Below are positions 27,492 through 37,705 of a stretch of DNA of 64,000 nucleotides, piece after piece; positions within the stretch are counted from its first letter, which is position 1, and every line of letters begins with the position of its first letter. The notes under the pieces were generated by a model that saw nothing but the letters and a program-made list of their open reading frames with translations, was not told the DNA's origin and ran no database searches. Source of the DNA: a virus (taxonomy: Duplodnaviria > Caudoviricetes); the IMG/VR virus record IMGVR_UViG_3300008110_007313. The stretch is one strand, 5' to 3'. The translations under genes and the position numbers were made by a program.

Positions 27492-30154
27492 TCAAAACTA
27501 AACAATGAAGTAAATGTATTGTCTGTGTTGGTAGCAGACGCAAGGTCCCAATCCAACACACTCAACAGATTGTCAACTTTGCCGTCGACTACAGTGGCTT
27601 CCATTTCGGCATTGTCAAACGGCAAATCTTTAAACCACTGCGGAAGCCTCTGTTCATCTGTGGGATAACCAATAGACGTCCAGCCCAGTGCATTAGGTCG
27701 CAGTTTGCACACAATAGTTTTCATGCCGTCCACAATCTGCATGGAATAATTGTCTCCGTTCATACGACGAAGATTGTTCCAGTTCAGTGCCGCTCGCACA
27801 TGCCCGGGCATGTTGGCTTTGCCAGTTTTACTGTTGGCTTCATCTGCACCATACTTGGTCAAGTTGTTCACACGCTTGGGCGAACCTTTCTCCCAACCTG
27901 GCCGCTCTTTGAATTCATACTTGAATTCTCTAATGCGTTCTACAATCTCGTCTCGGCCAGCACCAGCCAGCAGTTTATTTAGAATTTCCAACAAGAAATC
28001 TTGAATAACTTTAGGAGTGTCACTACGCTTTAGATCCAATCCTGTGGCCTTGGTCTTACCAATCTTGCCTTTGACGTCAAGGCGGTTGCCTTCGATGTCA
28101 ATGGCGTTGACAGCATAGCGTTTCTTAGTAATAAACAATCCACGGTCCGCAACAGTTTCACGACCAGCTTTAATCAACGATCCCATGTCTCTAGGGCAAT
28201 GAAACGCTTGTTCCATAAATCCAGGAAAGCTAGCATTGACCTGTTCAGCGATACTATCGTAGAGCTGAATACAAATCTCTTTTGACCAAGCCATTTTTCC
28301 TTGTTCTACATCTTCTTTGAGCACTGGCCATGCGCTGAAATAACAAGAGTCTGTGTCACCGTAGATGATGGATTTGCCAACGTGGTCGTATTCGCCAGTG
28401 ATACATTCATTGAGATAAGCATCCATGTGTTTGGCAATACTGCGACCTGTTAAGGTAGTTGACTGTCCAATACGCTTGTCAAAGAACCTACAACCTGGAT
28501 TAAGAATAGCGCCATATAAACTATTTAGGTTAATTTTCTTAACCAACTGACGTTTGTCCCAGAATGCAATTTCTTTGGGGTCAGTGGCTTCTTTTTTCTT
28601 GGCCTGTAGTTCTTTGCGTTCACTGTACCAGCGTTCTAGCAGCCCGGGAATAATGCCTTTCTTCTCATAGGTCATTATAGTGCCATTGGCAGTCAATATC
28701 CAAGGTTGGTTGCTATCAAAAATCATGTACCAGATTTCGGACGCCGAGTGTACAGTCTCCTCACCATTCTCCCAGTCAATGGTGATGCTTGTACCTCGCT
28801 GTTGTTCCATCACTGCGGTGTATTCTACAGTGGCAAACAATCCTTCCCACGCGGCTGCAAAGCTCATACCAGATGCCATGCGTTCTCGAATCAAGCGATC
28901 AGTGGCACTGAGCCTTAGTTGTCCTATAATGGTTTCTGGACCCATGTTCAAGGCTCGAATCGCTGACGGATACAGACTGTTAATGTCCACTGATCCAATC
29001 CACTCATGCACGCCTTTCTTGGGATAAGCAACATAGGCGCCGGCTGCTTGTACATCTTCGTTGTCGTTGCGTTGTTTGCGATTGGGCACTACCATGCCAC
29101 GCTCATGAGCTTCGTTGATAATGGCCTGTTCTGTTACTGCCACAGCACCCATGGTGGTCTGCAACAGCACAGTGTTCGCGTGTGCCAGTTCACTTGCTAG
29201 TGATAAGAACTGTAGTTTACGATCTAGTTTGTGTACCAGCAAAGTATCTTGACGGTTGTATTCAATGAACTTTTTAAAGTGTTGATTGTATAATTGATCC
29301 AAGGTACCTTCGAACTGTGTCTTGCGTTCATTGAGCTCGTACTCGCCAATGGCATCCAGACTGTAGCTGTGACGTTCTTCATAGGTATACTTGCGGTACA
29401 ATTGCATATAATCCATGTGCACCCGACCAATCAAGTCGTAAGTTTCGTTTTCTGCACCAAAACGTTCAAACATACGTTTCTTGGGTAGCTGTCCCCAGAG
29501 ACAGAACTTACGAGTATCGTCTTTGCTGAGCACACGAGTGCAACGGTTTATGGTATAAGGAATGTCATAGCCTTCTGAGTTCCAACCGCTGAGTACATCT
29601 GCATCGTCAATAAGATCAAGAAACATCTTGATCATGTCTTCTTCTCGATCAAACAAGAAAGTGTTGTCAAACTCGCTGACCAGTTCTTGTGCGGTTTCCC
29701 AAGTCAGTCCTTTAGGTGGTACCGCTAGGGTGATCAACTGACCTAACCAGTCTAAGTAAACTGAAATAGCTGTGATAGGATTAAAAGGATCTTCTACAGG
29801 GCTGAAACCCCGTTCCTTGTCAAACGCGACCTCAATGTCAAAAAATGCTGTGTGCAGTTCGGGCGCATTTTGATCTTTGTAGTTGTCTTCTAGGCAACGA
29901 AAGATAGGGTTGATATCACTCTCATACAGTTTCTTGTTAGAGTGCATGCGAACTTCTTTACGAAATTCCTTGTTGTTACGAGTGCTGAATCTCGAAACTG
30001 GGGTACCATAGATACTGCGAAACTTACCTCGGGGGTCGTCGTAGTAGAATGTGTATTGTGCAGGATACTCTTGATACTTGCGAACGCCATCTCGGCGTTC
30101 TACAATGTGGATGCGATCGTGTTCACGATCAAAAAGTGCGTCTATGTAACTCAT
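27488..30154 (-). CDS. Family B DNA polymerase (T4 gp43-like)
   Basis: FFDIEV, WNSEGYDIPY, YNRQD, DINSLYPS, KINLNSLYG, YGDTDS, KKRYA. Confidence 0.97.
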   Translation of the reverse strand: MSYIDALFDREHDRIHIVERRDGVRKYQEYPAQYTFYYDDPRGKFRSIYGTPVSRFSTRNNKEFRKEVRMHSNKKLYESDINPIFRCLEDNYKDQNAPELHTAFFDIEVAFDKERGFSPVEDPFNPITAISVYLDWLGQLITLAVPPKGLTWETAQELVSEFDNTFLFDREEDMIKMFLDLIDDADVLSGWNSEGYDIPYTINRCTRVLSKDDTRKFCLWGQLPKKRMFERFGAENETYDLIGRVHMDYMQLYRKYTYEERHSYSLDAIGEYELNERKTQFEGTLDQLYNQHFKKFIEYNRQDTLLVHKLDRKLQFLSLASELAHANTVLLQTTMGAVAVTEQAIINEAHERGMVVPNRKQRNDNEDVQAAGAYVAYPKKGVHEWIGSVDINSLYPSAIRALNMGPETIIGQLRLSATDRLIRERMASGMSFAAAWEGLFATVEYTAVMEQQRGTSITIDWENGEETVHSASEIWYMIFDSNQPWILTANGTIMTYEKKGIIPGLLERWYSERKELQAKKKEATDPKEIAFWDKRQLVKKINLNSLYGAILNPGCRFFDKRIGQSTTLTGRSIAKHMDAYLNECITGEYDHVGKSIIYGDTDSCYFSAWPVLKEDVEQGKMAWSKEICIQLYDSIAEQVNASFPGFMEQAFHCPRDMGSLIKAGRETVADRGLFITKKRYAVNAIDIEGNRLDVKGKIGKTKATGLDLKRSDTPKVIQDFLLEILNKLLAGAGRDEIVERIREFKYEFKERPGWEKGSPKRVNNLTKYGADEANSKTGKANMPGHVRAALNWNNLRRMNGDNYSMQIVDGMKTIVCKLRPNALGWTSIGYPTDEQRLPQWFKDLPFDNAEMEATVVDGKVDNLLSVLDWDLASATNTDNTFTSLFSFE

Positions 30155-30226
30155 CTAACTCCATTTGTGGCTGGTCGGCCGTGATTCATGCTCGTAACGT
30201 GAGCGACTCGCTGTGTAAAACAGTAC

Positions 30227-30487
30227 TTATAGTGTTTTGCCAACAGTCTCAAGAATAGTTTCCAGCAGCTCGTGATCTTGTTTGGCCTTGCCAAATTCGG
30301 CCTTGTGTGCCAGCTTGATGGCTTTTTTCAGTACTCCAGGTTTGATCTCCAGCTCCTCAGCCACTGCTTTGATGGTGTCATTGAGGCCGCCGGTCAGCGT
30401 TTCGATCTCTTGAGTGACCTGCATACCTTCGTTGATGATTTGAATCAGCTTGATCTTTTGATCACCGTTGAATGTTTTTGCTTCCAT
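30227..30487 (-). CDS. Small DsbA/GapR-like dsDNA-binding protein
   Basis: 86 aa from ATG 30487 after AAGGAG; helical pattern (IK.VAEELEIKP.VLKKAIKLAHK) recalls T4 DsbA. Confidence 0.55.
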   Translation of the reverse strand: MEAKTFNGDQKIKLIQIINEGMQVTQEIETLTGGLNDTIKAVAEELEIKPGVLKKAIKLAHKAEFGKAKQDHELLETILETVGKTL

Positions 30488-30534
30488 AAAATACTCCTTG
30501 TGAGCTGCTATTGTAGCTGATACTGTTTGAAAAA

Positions 30535-31623
30535 TCAACTCATATACTTGCCGATTTGCAGAACTGATCGCCAATTTGTACCACGTCGAGTTTCCATTTC
30601 TGACATTAGTCGATGATATGTTATCATTTCTTTACGATAACGATCATGATCCAACCGAGCCTGTACTGTGGGCAACAAGTTGGTCAAGTCTGAATATGCA
30701 CTCAAACGTGCCAACGCTGGCTCTACCATTTCGGGAGGAATTAGTGCCGGCGCAAAGTATGGTTTGTGGTTTACCTGAAAATGTACCGCGAGATTGGAAT
30801 CATGACTGTGCACAAAGTCTATGACATCTGCCAACTCAAATAGATTGTAGTTGCTGGCGCAACTGATGAATCCAATTTTCAAGTGCGGCATTTGATTTCG
30901 CAACTCAAAAAATCGAGCAATGTTGGCAGCAATTTGTTCCCACTTGGCTGGCCAGCGTATGAGCTCGCATGCGGCACCAGTGGCATCCAGACTGATCACA
31001 AGGTCTATGGCCTTGACCTGACTCCAGGTATCTAGCACACGCTGGTCAGGAAAAAATGTACCATTGGTGTTGTAGCTGATGTGCAGTTGGCTCAGCGGCG
31101 AAGATTCTGCATAGATGCCCAGCATCTTCAAATGCTCAGTGCTCATTAGTGGTTCGCCGCCGGTGAAATGCATTTGATACACATGAGAAAAATCCAGCTT
31201 ACGAAACAGTTGTAGCTTGTCTTCATAACTGTAGTCTTGATCTGTTAGTCCTTCTTCTCGAGCCCATAAACTACTGCTGTAACTGCTGCACATGATACAG
31301 GCTAGATTACATACATTTTGTGTGGTCACATCAATGCGATTGAGTTCAACACGAATGTCTTGATTGTGATTCTGATTGCTAAAAAATCTACGACTAGGAG
31401 GATTTTGTGCTTCTTGCCTCCAGCAATTGCTACAAGCTGCCGTTGGCTTATCTGCCAATGTGTCTTGACGAGTTGATTGTAAAAAATCATTATGTTCAAA
31501 ATTAAAATTTTCAGCAATCACTGGTTGAGTCTGCGCAGCACAGCAAGGGCTGACCAGCACTTGCCCACTGCTGGTTGATCTGATGTGTAAAGTTTTGAAT
31601 TGGTCTCGGCAGTAGTATTTCAT
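30535..31623 (-). CDS. Radical SAM/SPASM-like protein (paralog 2)
   Basis: YYC...PCC...CSNCW, CNLACIMC, TGGEPLM; start at 31623 by ATGA coupling. Confidence 0.85.
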   Translation of the reverse strand: MKYYCRDQFKTLHIRSTSSGQVLVSPCCAAQTQPVIAENFNFEHNDFLQSTRQDTLADKPTAACSNCWRQEAQNPPSRRFFSNQNHNQDIRVELNRIDVTTQNVCNLACIMCSSYSSSLWAREEGLTDQDYSYEDKLQLFRKLDFSHVYQMHFTGGEPLMSTEHLKMLGIYAESSPLSQLHISYNTNGTFFPDQRVLDTWSQVKAIDLVISLDATGAACELIRWPAKWEQIAANIARFFELRNQMPHLKIGFISCASNYNLFELADVIDFVHSHDSNLAVHFQVNHKPYFAPALIPPEMVEPALARLSAYSDLTNLLPTVQARLDHDRYRKEMITYHRLMSEMETRRGTNWRSVLQIGKYMS

Positions 31624-32513
31624 TTTAGATATGTAACGTTGATAGGGCAAGCGGGATGCTCATTGAGATAATCAATCACTGGCTGTATTTGACTCCAGTC
31701 TTTGAGATTTCCAATAGGAAAATCATAATATAGATCTACTGCGTTGTGTTTGGACAACCAGCTTTGAAAATGCTCGCTGTTGTAGATCTGTTGTCTTGTG
31801 TTGTTCAAACAAATCTGTAAACCACCTGCCGAATAATGATGACCCGAAGTGTCCCAGTCTGTGGGATCGTCGCCATCAATGTAACTTTGAAGCAGAGTTT
31901 TTCCCAACACTTCAGGCCCTAGTATAACATCGCAAGATTGATCACTGTGATATTGTCTATACGGAGTCAAATCGACCCATCCTGATGCATTGAATTCAGT
32001 AGCACGATACAATTTAATTTCAACTAAAGAGTCTACTACAATATTGCCATGCGACCTTGTACAGTAATGTTCCATTTGATGTACACAATGATTTAGATCT
32101 TGTAACTGTTGTATTATCTGTTTGATTACAGGCAGTCGCCCGTTTGGATCTTGATATTGTTGACTCAGCTGAGCCTGTAAAACATTATACTCTTGTTGAG
32201 TGTGTGTAAAAAATCGATGCAGTTGATTCAAGCAATTTGCATCTACATGTGCAGGTGTGCAAGGAACAGGTCCAACAAAATCCACGCCCAACTCAGACAA
32301 GCCATTTAGTATTTGTAAGCAATGCTGTCTTGGCAGATCGTAAACGTCTTCGTTGGAAACATTTATTTCTGGCACATACAAATGATCATGAATCATTGCT
32401 TGTGTTTGATACTGATCAAATGCATTGATCCAGGCTTGTGCACCAGGATTGGCAACTACATCAACATCTACCAAAACACAGTGGCCAGGCAATACAAATT
32501 CTAAACGCATCAA
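31620..32513 (-). CDS. Hypothetical protein
   Basis: 297-aa ORF; no family recognised. Confidence 0.65.
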   Translation of the reverse strand: MMRLEFVLPGHCVLVDVDVVANPGAQAWINAFDQYQTQAMIHDHLYVPEINVSNEDVYDLPRQHCLQILNGLSELGVDFVGPVPCTPAHVDANCLNQLHRFFTHTQQEYNVLQAQLSQQYQDPNGRLPVIKQIIQQLQDLNHCVHQMEHYCTRSHGNIVVDSLVEIKLYRATEFNASGWVDLTPYRQYHSDQSCDVILGPEVLGKTLLQSYIDGDDPTDWDTSGHHYSAGGLQICLNNTRQQIYNSEHFQSWLSKHNAVDLYYDFPIGNLKDWSQIQPVIDYLNEHPACPINVTYLK

Positions 32514-32521
32514 GAATTTAT

Positions 32522-32625
32522 CATAAAAGAGAGGAAGTGCTCACTTTTGCTGTTTGGGTAGCGAATCCATTGAGCAGGGCAGCAGCCGCCCACACCACGG
32601 TAACAAGTACCGGTCCTAAGGTGTG
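32522..32625 (-). ncRNA. Candidate structured RNA (multi-stem) after the LysM gene
   Basis: CACACC/GGUGUG enclosing CGGUA/UACCG; GGCG/UGCC hairpin; UGCUCA/UGAGCA; alternative AAAAGUGAG/CUCUCUUUU stem. Confidence 0.5.
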
Positions 32626-35328
32626 TTAGTTGCCGACACTGCTGGCATGCATTCTGCGTCGAATTGACCCTACATGAGTAATATGATCCATTAACTTTTT
32701 GCGATACTGAACAGTGTTTTCTGTCAGTCCAATAGTTGCAAATTGTTGATCAACATATTTTTTGATTCGATCCACATCACTCTTGGTTTGCACAGATTCA
32801 AGCATCTTTGACACTTGTTTTTTGGTAGCTTCCAGTTGTGGTTGTAGTTGTTTTTGTATGTCTGCAGGAAGGTCTTTTAAGGCCACTGCGCTCTTGCCAT
32901 CTATCTTGGCTGCACCAGTTTTGGGATTGTAAGTTCCGCCGGAGCCTGCAGTTACAGTAGGAACTGTTGGTGCAGTTGGCGCATTGGGTGCTGCCGGAGC
33001 TTTGAATGTGGTTGTGGTCTTGCCGTACCCAGTAGGACCAGCACCAAAGTTGGCGGTCTTGGCAGGAGCTGCTGGTGCAGTCTTGGCATATTTTTGCATG
33101 CCAGGCATTTGCATGACATTAGATGCATTGAACGTAGCACCACCAGTTGACGGAGTAGTTGTTGTTGTAGTATTAACTGGAGGAGTTTGTTTTGTAGCGG
33201 CTGCTTTGGCCTGCAATTCATCCACAGTCCAGGGTTTCTTTGTGGCTGGATTTATACCATAGTAAGGCAATTGTGTTTGTGCACCACCTTTGTTTGTTTG
33301 GCCTTGCACTGGCGCAGGAGTAGGTGCAGGAGTAGGCGTAGGTGCAGGGATACCCATGCTGCCATAAACATCACCAATCACATTCTGCGGAACACCTTGT
33401 TTGGCCAAGAACGCAGCAATTGCATCGCTGTCACTGGGCTTGCCGGCCTGATGCCAATCCATCTTGAGTTTTTCTTTGGTAACTTTGGTAGTAAACTGAT
33501 GACCAAATTTGCTCAACGCACCGCCCACTTTGCCAGTGGCACGGTCCAGCCAATCAAGTCCCTTGCCGACAATGCCTTTTTTGCTCTTGTCATAACCTCC
33601 AGCGCCGCCGGGCATGTCAGGACGAAACTCATCAGGCAAGTCAGGACGACCTGGGCCTACCGCTTCTTTGACCACAGCTCGGGCATAACGGTTGACGTTT
33701 TCAAACACTGTGTAAACACCAAGTGTAGTAAGGTGTACACTTTGGCCTTGTGGCTTGCCTACACTTTCATTCAATGCCCAAGACATCACTGTTAGTTTGT
33801 CGTCAAGCAGTTTATCAGCAGGCAGAGTTTTAAAGTTAATGGATTCTCTAAATCCTGTACGCAATGCATTTCTCACAGAGGCCTGGTCCGCTTGCAGCTT
33901 GGCAGGATCTGCAACTTTACCTGTGCTGGCATCGACCCAAGAACCGTCAGGTTGTGGGATATAACGTTGAGTAGTTCCGCCAGTTGCATCTATTGGACTA
34001 GGCGCTTGTTTCATTGTCCAACCTGGGGGAATATTATCTGGATTAAAATTTGGTCCAAGATTTGTTGGGCCTGCGGGACTTGCACTAGAACCTGCAGGAC
34101 TCATACCTGCTGTTTGCCCAGCCGCTTTGTCTCCATACATACCGCCCTTGTAGTCAGACCACACACTGCCTTGGCTGGGAGTGCTAGCAGGTAAATTAAG
34201 TTCTGTGCCAGGCTTTAGTGCTTTGGCAAAATCAATATCTGGATTTGCTGCGCGAATTGCTTCAGGTGTTGTACCTTGCGCTTGGGCAATAAATCCCAGT
34301 TGGTCACCTTTTATCACAGTATAAGTGCCGCCAGGTCCACCAAGCCCAGGATTCAGTTTAACTAGTTCTTCTGGTGGCACACCAATTTGTTGTGCAATAT
34401 CATTGAGCGTCTCGCCTGGCTGTGCCTGCCATACATTGCCATTGCATGATCCCAACGGACATCTTACAGTGGCTCCTTGTGGCAACGGAGTATCTGTATT
34501 CACTATGGATTCCCCTGGGCTCAGACTATCTAATGCGCTAACTGCACCTAGGTTAGTGCCTGAAGAGCCCAGGGTACCTGCGGCTTGCTGAGCAGCAAAT
34601 TCAGCTTGTGTTAACGTTGTGGTAGGATTAGCAGTAACAAAGTTATCATAACTGTAGTCCATAACACCTGGACGAGTACCAGTGGTCGCTGCGGCCGCAG
34701 AATCTCCGCCAGACATCGCTCCAGAAATAGCTTGACCAGCCCAGGTAACAGCACTAGCACCAACACCTTTGCCAAGAACGCTGCTTAGTTTATCTCCACG
34801 GATGGCTGAATCAAGTGCATAGGTCAAGCCTGCAATGGCGGGCAAACCTGCACCGCCTGTGGCTAGACCAGCGATAGCAACCAGGGCTGCCTTGGCAAAA
34901 CCGGCTGCTTTGGGATATTCTTTCACCAGGTTACGATAACCTTTGATGGCCTGCATTACCTTGGTTTGTTGTCCGCCTGTGAGGTTGGCCACAGCATCAG
35001 TGGCCTGATCGTAGGCAACATCAACGGCCTGCACAGGAGCACTGTTCTGAATGCTGCTCATTACACTGTTGAACGCATCTTTGGCATTGGTAAATGCTTT
35101 TGTGGTTACATCTTTGCCTCGGCCCGCCCAGGTACGATTGGCACCTGTGTCTTTGTTGGTCAGACCTGTTTCAATTTTGCCGAACAAATCAAGAATCTCA
35201 GGTTCGGTCATCTTGCGTTCAGCAATGATACGACCTACCTTTTGCCACTGCTCAAACAACGGATCTTTGTAAACGTAAGATTCAACTAATCTTTCGCGTT
35301 CTGTTTTGTATATTTGTTCGAATATCAT
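32626..35328 (-). CDS. 900-aa LysM-domain protein, probably virion-associated
   Basis: Two LysM repeats (WQAQPGETLNDIAQQIG..., YTVIKGDQLGFIAQAQG...), a Gly/Ala hydrophobic hairpin, and Pro/Thr linkers. Confidence 0.75.
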   Translation of the reverse strand: MIFEQIYKTERERLVESYVYKDPLFEQWQKVGRIIAERKMTEPEILDLFGKIETGLTNKDTGANRTWAGRGKDVTTKAFTNAKDAFNSVMSSIQNSAPVQAVDVAYDQATDAVANLTGGQQTKVMQAIKGYRNLVKEYPKAAGFAKAALVAIAGLATGGAGLPAIAGLTYALDSAIRGDKLSSVLGKGVGASAVTWAGQAISGAMSGGDSAAAATTGTRPGVMDYSYDNFVTANPTTTLTQAEFAAQQAAGTLGSSGTNLGAVSALDSLSPGESIVNTDTPLPQGATVRCPLGSCNGNVWQAQPGETLNDIAQQIGVPPEELVKLNPGLGGPGGTYTVIKGDQLGFIAQAQGTTPEAIRAANPDIDFAKALKPGTELNLPASTPSQGSVWSDYKGGMYGDKAAGQTAGMSPAGSSASPAGPTNLGPNFNPDNIPPGWTMKQAPSPIDATGGTTQRYIPQPDGSWVDASTGKVADPAKLQADQASVRNALRTGFRESINFKTLPADKLLDDKLTVMSWALNESVGKPQGQSVHLTTLGVYTVFENVNRYARAVVKEAVGPGRPDLPDEFRPDMPGGAGGYDKSKKGIVGKGLDWLDRATGKVGGALSKFGHQFTTKVTKEKLKMDWHQAGKPSDSDAIAAFLAKQGVPQNVIGDVYGSMGIPAPTPTPAPTPAPVQGQTNKGGAQTQLPYYGINPATKKPWTVDELQAKAAATKQTPPVNTTTTTTPSTGGATFNASNVMQMPGMQKYAKTAPAAPAKTANFGAGPTGYGKTTTTFKAPAAPNAPTAPTVPTVTAGSGGTYNPKTGAAKIDGKSAVALKDLPADIQKQLQPQLEATKKQVSKMLESVQTKSDVDRIKKYVDQQFATIGLTENTVQYRKKLMDHITHVGSIRRRMHASSVGN

Positions 35329-35329
35329 A

Positions 35330-36067
35330 TTATTTCTCTTCTATGTAATCTTGTCCACGATCTCGTTGGGCTCTACGACGCTGAAACAATTTCAATGCTG
35401 TGTTAGCTTGATTGATGTCAGAAAACCTTGTAGGCAGGCTACGTCCACTGTGACGTATTTCAAATCCAGAATTGTCGTCGCCGTGTATTTCAAATACCAC
35501 ACTGTCTTCTATGGCCACTGTTTGCACAGGCATTGACTCTGGCAGTGTGGGGTTTTGTACAGGAGCAGGCGGTGGTTCCACAGACAACTCCTGCTGTGTG
35601 GGATCTTCGTACATGTCCTCTTCAGCTTCGCCACGTTCCACGGCTGATCTTGCTTTGTCTACTAGATCACGATCTACTGACTGTTTCTTTTCCAACTTGT
35701 CAAGATTTGGAGTTTCACGATCTCTAAGATCATCGTCGTGACGAATTTTCTTTTCTAACTTGTCAAGATAGCTGATGAAATCACCTTTGATTTTGCCCAG
35801 CATGTCTTCTTCAACTTCTTGCATGGCTTCTTCCAACGGCGACTTTGTGGGCTCTACTGAGTCGCCTACTAGCTTGCCATCCATGGGGTGTTTTTGATAA
35901 GGCTTTTTGGTTAGTGTTGGACTAATGTTCTTGGGTTTGAACAGCGCAGGCAATTGGTCCACAGACTTTTGCTGTTTGTTCAATCCGTGCTTGACCGTGA
36001 CAGGAGTAAGTTTACTTTCTACTGTGGCCAAACGATCAAGTATTGATCTAATATCTGTGGAACTCAT
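35330..36067 (-). CDS. Acidic hypothetical protein (putative head/core protein)
   Basis: 245 aa, Glu-rich; C-terminal QDYIEEK resembles EDYIDEK in 53929. Confidence 0.65.
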   Translation of the reverse strand: MSSTDIRSILDRLATVESKLTPVTVKHGLNKQQKSVDQLPALFKPKNISPTLTKKPYQKHPMDGKLVGDSVEPTKSPLEEAMQEVEEDMLGKIKGDFISYLDKLEKKIRHDDDLRDRETPNLDKLEKKQSVDRDLVDKARSAVERGEAEEDMYEDPTQQELSVEPPPAPVQNPTLPESMPVQTVAIEDSVVFEIHGDDNSGFEIRHSGRSLPTRFSDINQANTALKLFQRRRAQRDRGQDYIEEK

Positions 36068-36507
36068 GCTCTGGCGTCTTTCAAGAAACTTCTCAACATC
36101 CAGCCATGCTTGCCGTGTGCATCAATGCGCTCAGCAATAAAGTTAGCAATGCCTTCTTGTTTTTCGTTTTGTGCGATTTCAAAGGTCTTGTTGAGTAAGT
36201 CTATCATTTGGCCATTGTTGGCCAGCAATTCTTCAATCATGAGTCGGGCACGTGGAATTTTAGTTTGGCCTGAAATAATTGACAGTTCTTGAAAACGTTC
36301 AAAACTGCCAGGTGTGTAATCTTCTAGTGTGCGTATGTATTCTGCTGTGCGGTCAATTGAGTTATTGTAGACTTCTTCGTAGATGCCCCCAAAAAATTCG
36401 TGCAGTTGAGCAAAGTCAGGACCCTCCACGTTCCAGTGAAATAGCTGGGCTTTGATTACGAATGCGTATTCAGTTGCCAGGAGAGTTTTTAAAGCGTCCG
36501 CTAACAT
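36064..36507 (-). CDS. dps: Dps/ferritin-like protein
   Basis: FHWNVEGPDF.QLHEFF..IYEE..D..AE.IR, H.K..WML.S; start at 36507. Confidence 0.9.
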   Translation of the reverse strand: MLADALKTLLATEYAFVIKAQLFHWNVEGPDFAQLHEFFGGIYEEVYNNSIDRTAEYIRTLEDYTPGSFERFQELSIISGQTKIPRARLMIEELLANNGQMIDLLNKTFEIAQNEKQEGIANFIAERIDAHGKHGWMLRSFLKDARA

Positions 36508-36682
36508 TCTTGTTCCTTTTGTATTCTTTCGGAGTATTGGGAGTAGGATCCGTGCTATATTTACCACTCAACAAGCTGCCGCCATTTCTTGAAACCGTGC
36601 CCATGGGCTGAGTCACAGTGGCCATACTGCCTGCGGCAGTGCTGCCTGCTGACGCTGTTTCCATGATTTCTTTAAATCTCAT
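36470..36682 (-). CDS. Small protein with a CTS-like N-terminus (MRFKEIME)
   Basis: 70 aa; acidic propeptide-like start followed by a basic, Gly/Thr-rich body. Confidence 0.6.
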   Translation of the reverse strand: MRFKEIMETASAGSTAAGSMATVTQPMGTVSRNGGSLLSGKYSTDPTPNTPKEYKRNKNVSGRFKNSPGN

Positions 36683-36962
36683 CGCGAATCCTTACCACGT
36701 TGTGTGCTATAAACTCTGCTGGTCCAGATATTACTCGTGGATTCTGAGCTGTCAAATGTGCATTAGTGTCAATCATTTCGTATTTGATCACATAGTCGCC
36801 AGGTACTGCATTAACGGGAATCACTTCTTCTAGATACGACTGCACAAAATTAAAAGTGCGTTCAGTAAACAGTTCTCCTTGCACATACAATCGATAACGC
36901 GGAGGCGGCCCTGCCCAATCGCAAAACACATCATACTGTACCTGAACACTTTGTGGCTTCAT
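36672..36962 (-). CDS. Hypothetical protein
   Basis: 96 aa, TAAATA upstream. Confidence 0.65.
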   Translation of the reverse strand: MKPQSVQVQYDVFCDWAGPPPRYRLYVQGELFTERTFNFVQSYLEEVIPVNAVPGDYVIKYEMIDTNAHLTAQNPRVISGPAEFIAHNVVRIRDEI

Positions 36963-36969
36963 ATGGTAT

Positions 36970-37620
36970 TTAGCGGGATATTTGCATCAACCGCTGCTGA
37001 TAATACCGAAACTCTGTGCTGTTGAAATAGTCACAAAAATCTTGAGCACTACGTTTTCTGCACTGCGAATATGCCGCATGCGCTTTGGCAGCATAATCAT
37101 ACAAATTACTAAAGCCAAATGTTGCTGTCAGTTGCTGGTAAAAATTGCGGTCCAACACTGAATCAAACACAGTATCGCCATTGACAAAATTAAACAACGG
37201 TGTCTGACGCTGTTTGATATCTTGCATTGCATTATCACGAAGTAAAAATTTTGTTTTGATCTGATCAGGAGTGGTAGAATTCATGCCCAAGTTTATGTGA
37301 AAATAATGTGTAATAGGCAGCTGGTAATCAGCAAAAGTAATAAACAAAGTGGGATGATTTGTTAAGGACTGCCAGTCTTGGTAGTTGTGCGAAAGATTGA
37401 TGCCACCGTCCAGCATGTGACGATGACGCCATTCGTACTGCAACCAAGTGTTCCAGGTACGCTCTTTAGGGTACACTTGTTGTTGAATAAACAGTAGTTT
37501 ATCTTCGGGAGTTAGATAATTGTTAAACGGGTCTGTGTATTTTGGGTCTAAGAACAGTAACCAACGCAGATGATTGCCGCCAGCGCCTTCGGGAAAAATA
37601 ATATTACCGTGAAATGTCAT
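36970..37620 (-). CDS. Hypothetical protein
   Basis: Likely start at 37620 (MTFHGNIIF.EGAGGNHL); the longer track ORF runs antisense into 37706. Confidence 0.6.
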   Translation of the reverse strand: MTFHGNIIFPEGAGGNHLRWLLFLDPKYTDPFNNYLTPEDKLLFIQQQVYPKERTWNTWLQYEWRHRHMLDGGINLSHNYQDWQSLTNHPTLFITFADYQLPITHYFHINLGMNSTTPDQIKTKFLLRDNAMQDIKQRQTPLFNFVNGDTVFDSVLDRNFYQQLTATFGFSNLYDYAAKAHAAYSQCRKRSAQDFCDYFNSTEFRYYQQRLMQISR

Positions 37621-37705
37621 ACGTTTACTTAATCTATAATTACACCCACTATTTCTTTGCTCTAAAGCAATAAATATTAGGATAATAATTATAAGGTGAG
37701 CAAAA

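Noticed and set aside
27488-30154. Intein or intron in the DNA polymerase
   Set aside because: The length (888 aa) and contiguous exonuclease and polymerase motifs leave no insert, and no splice-junction motifs are seen.
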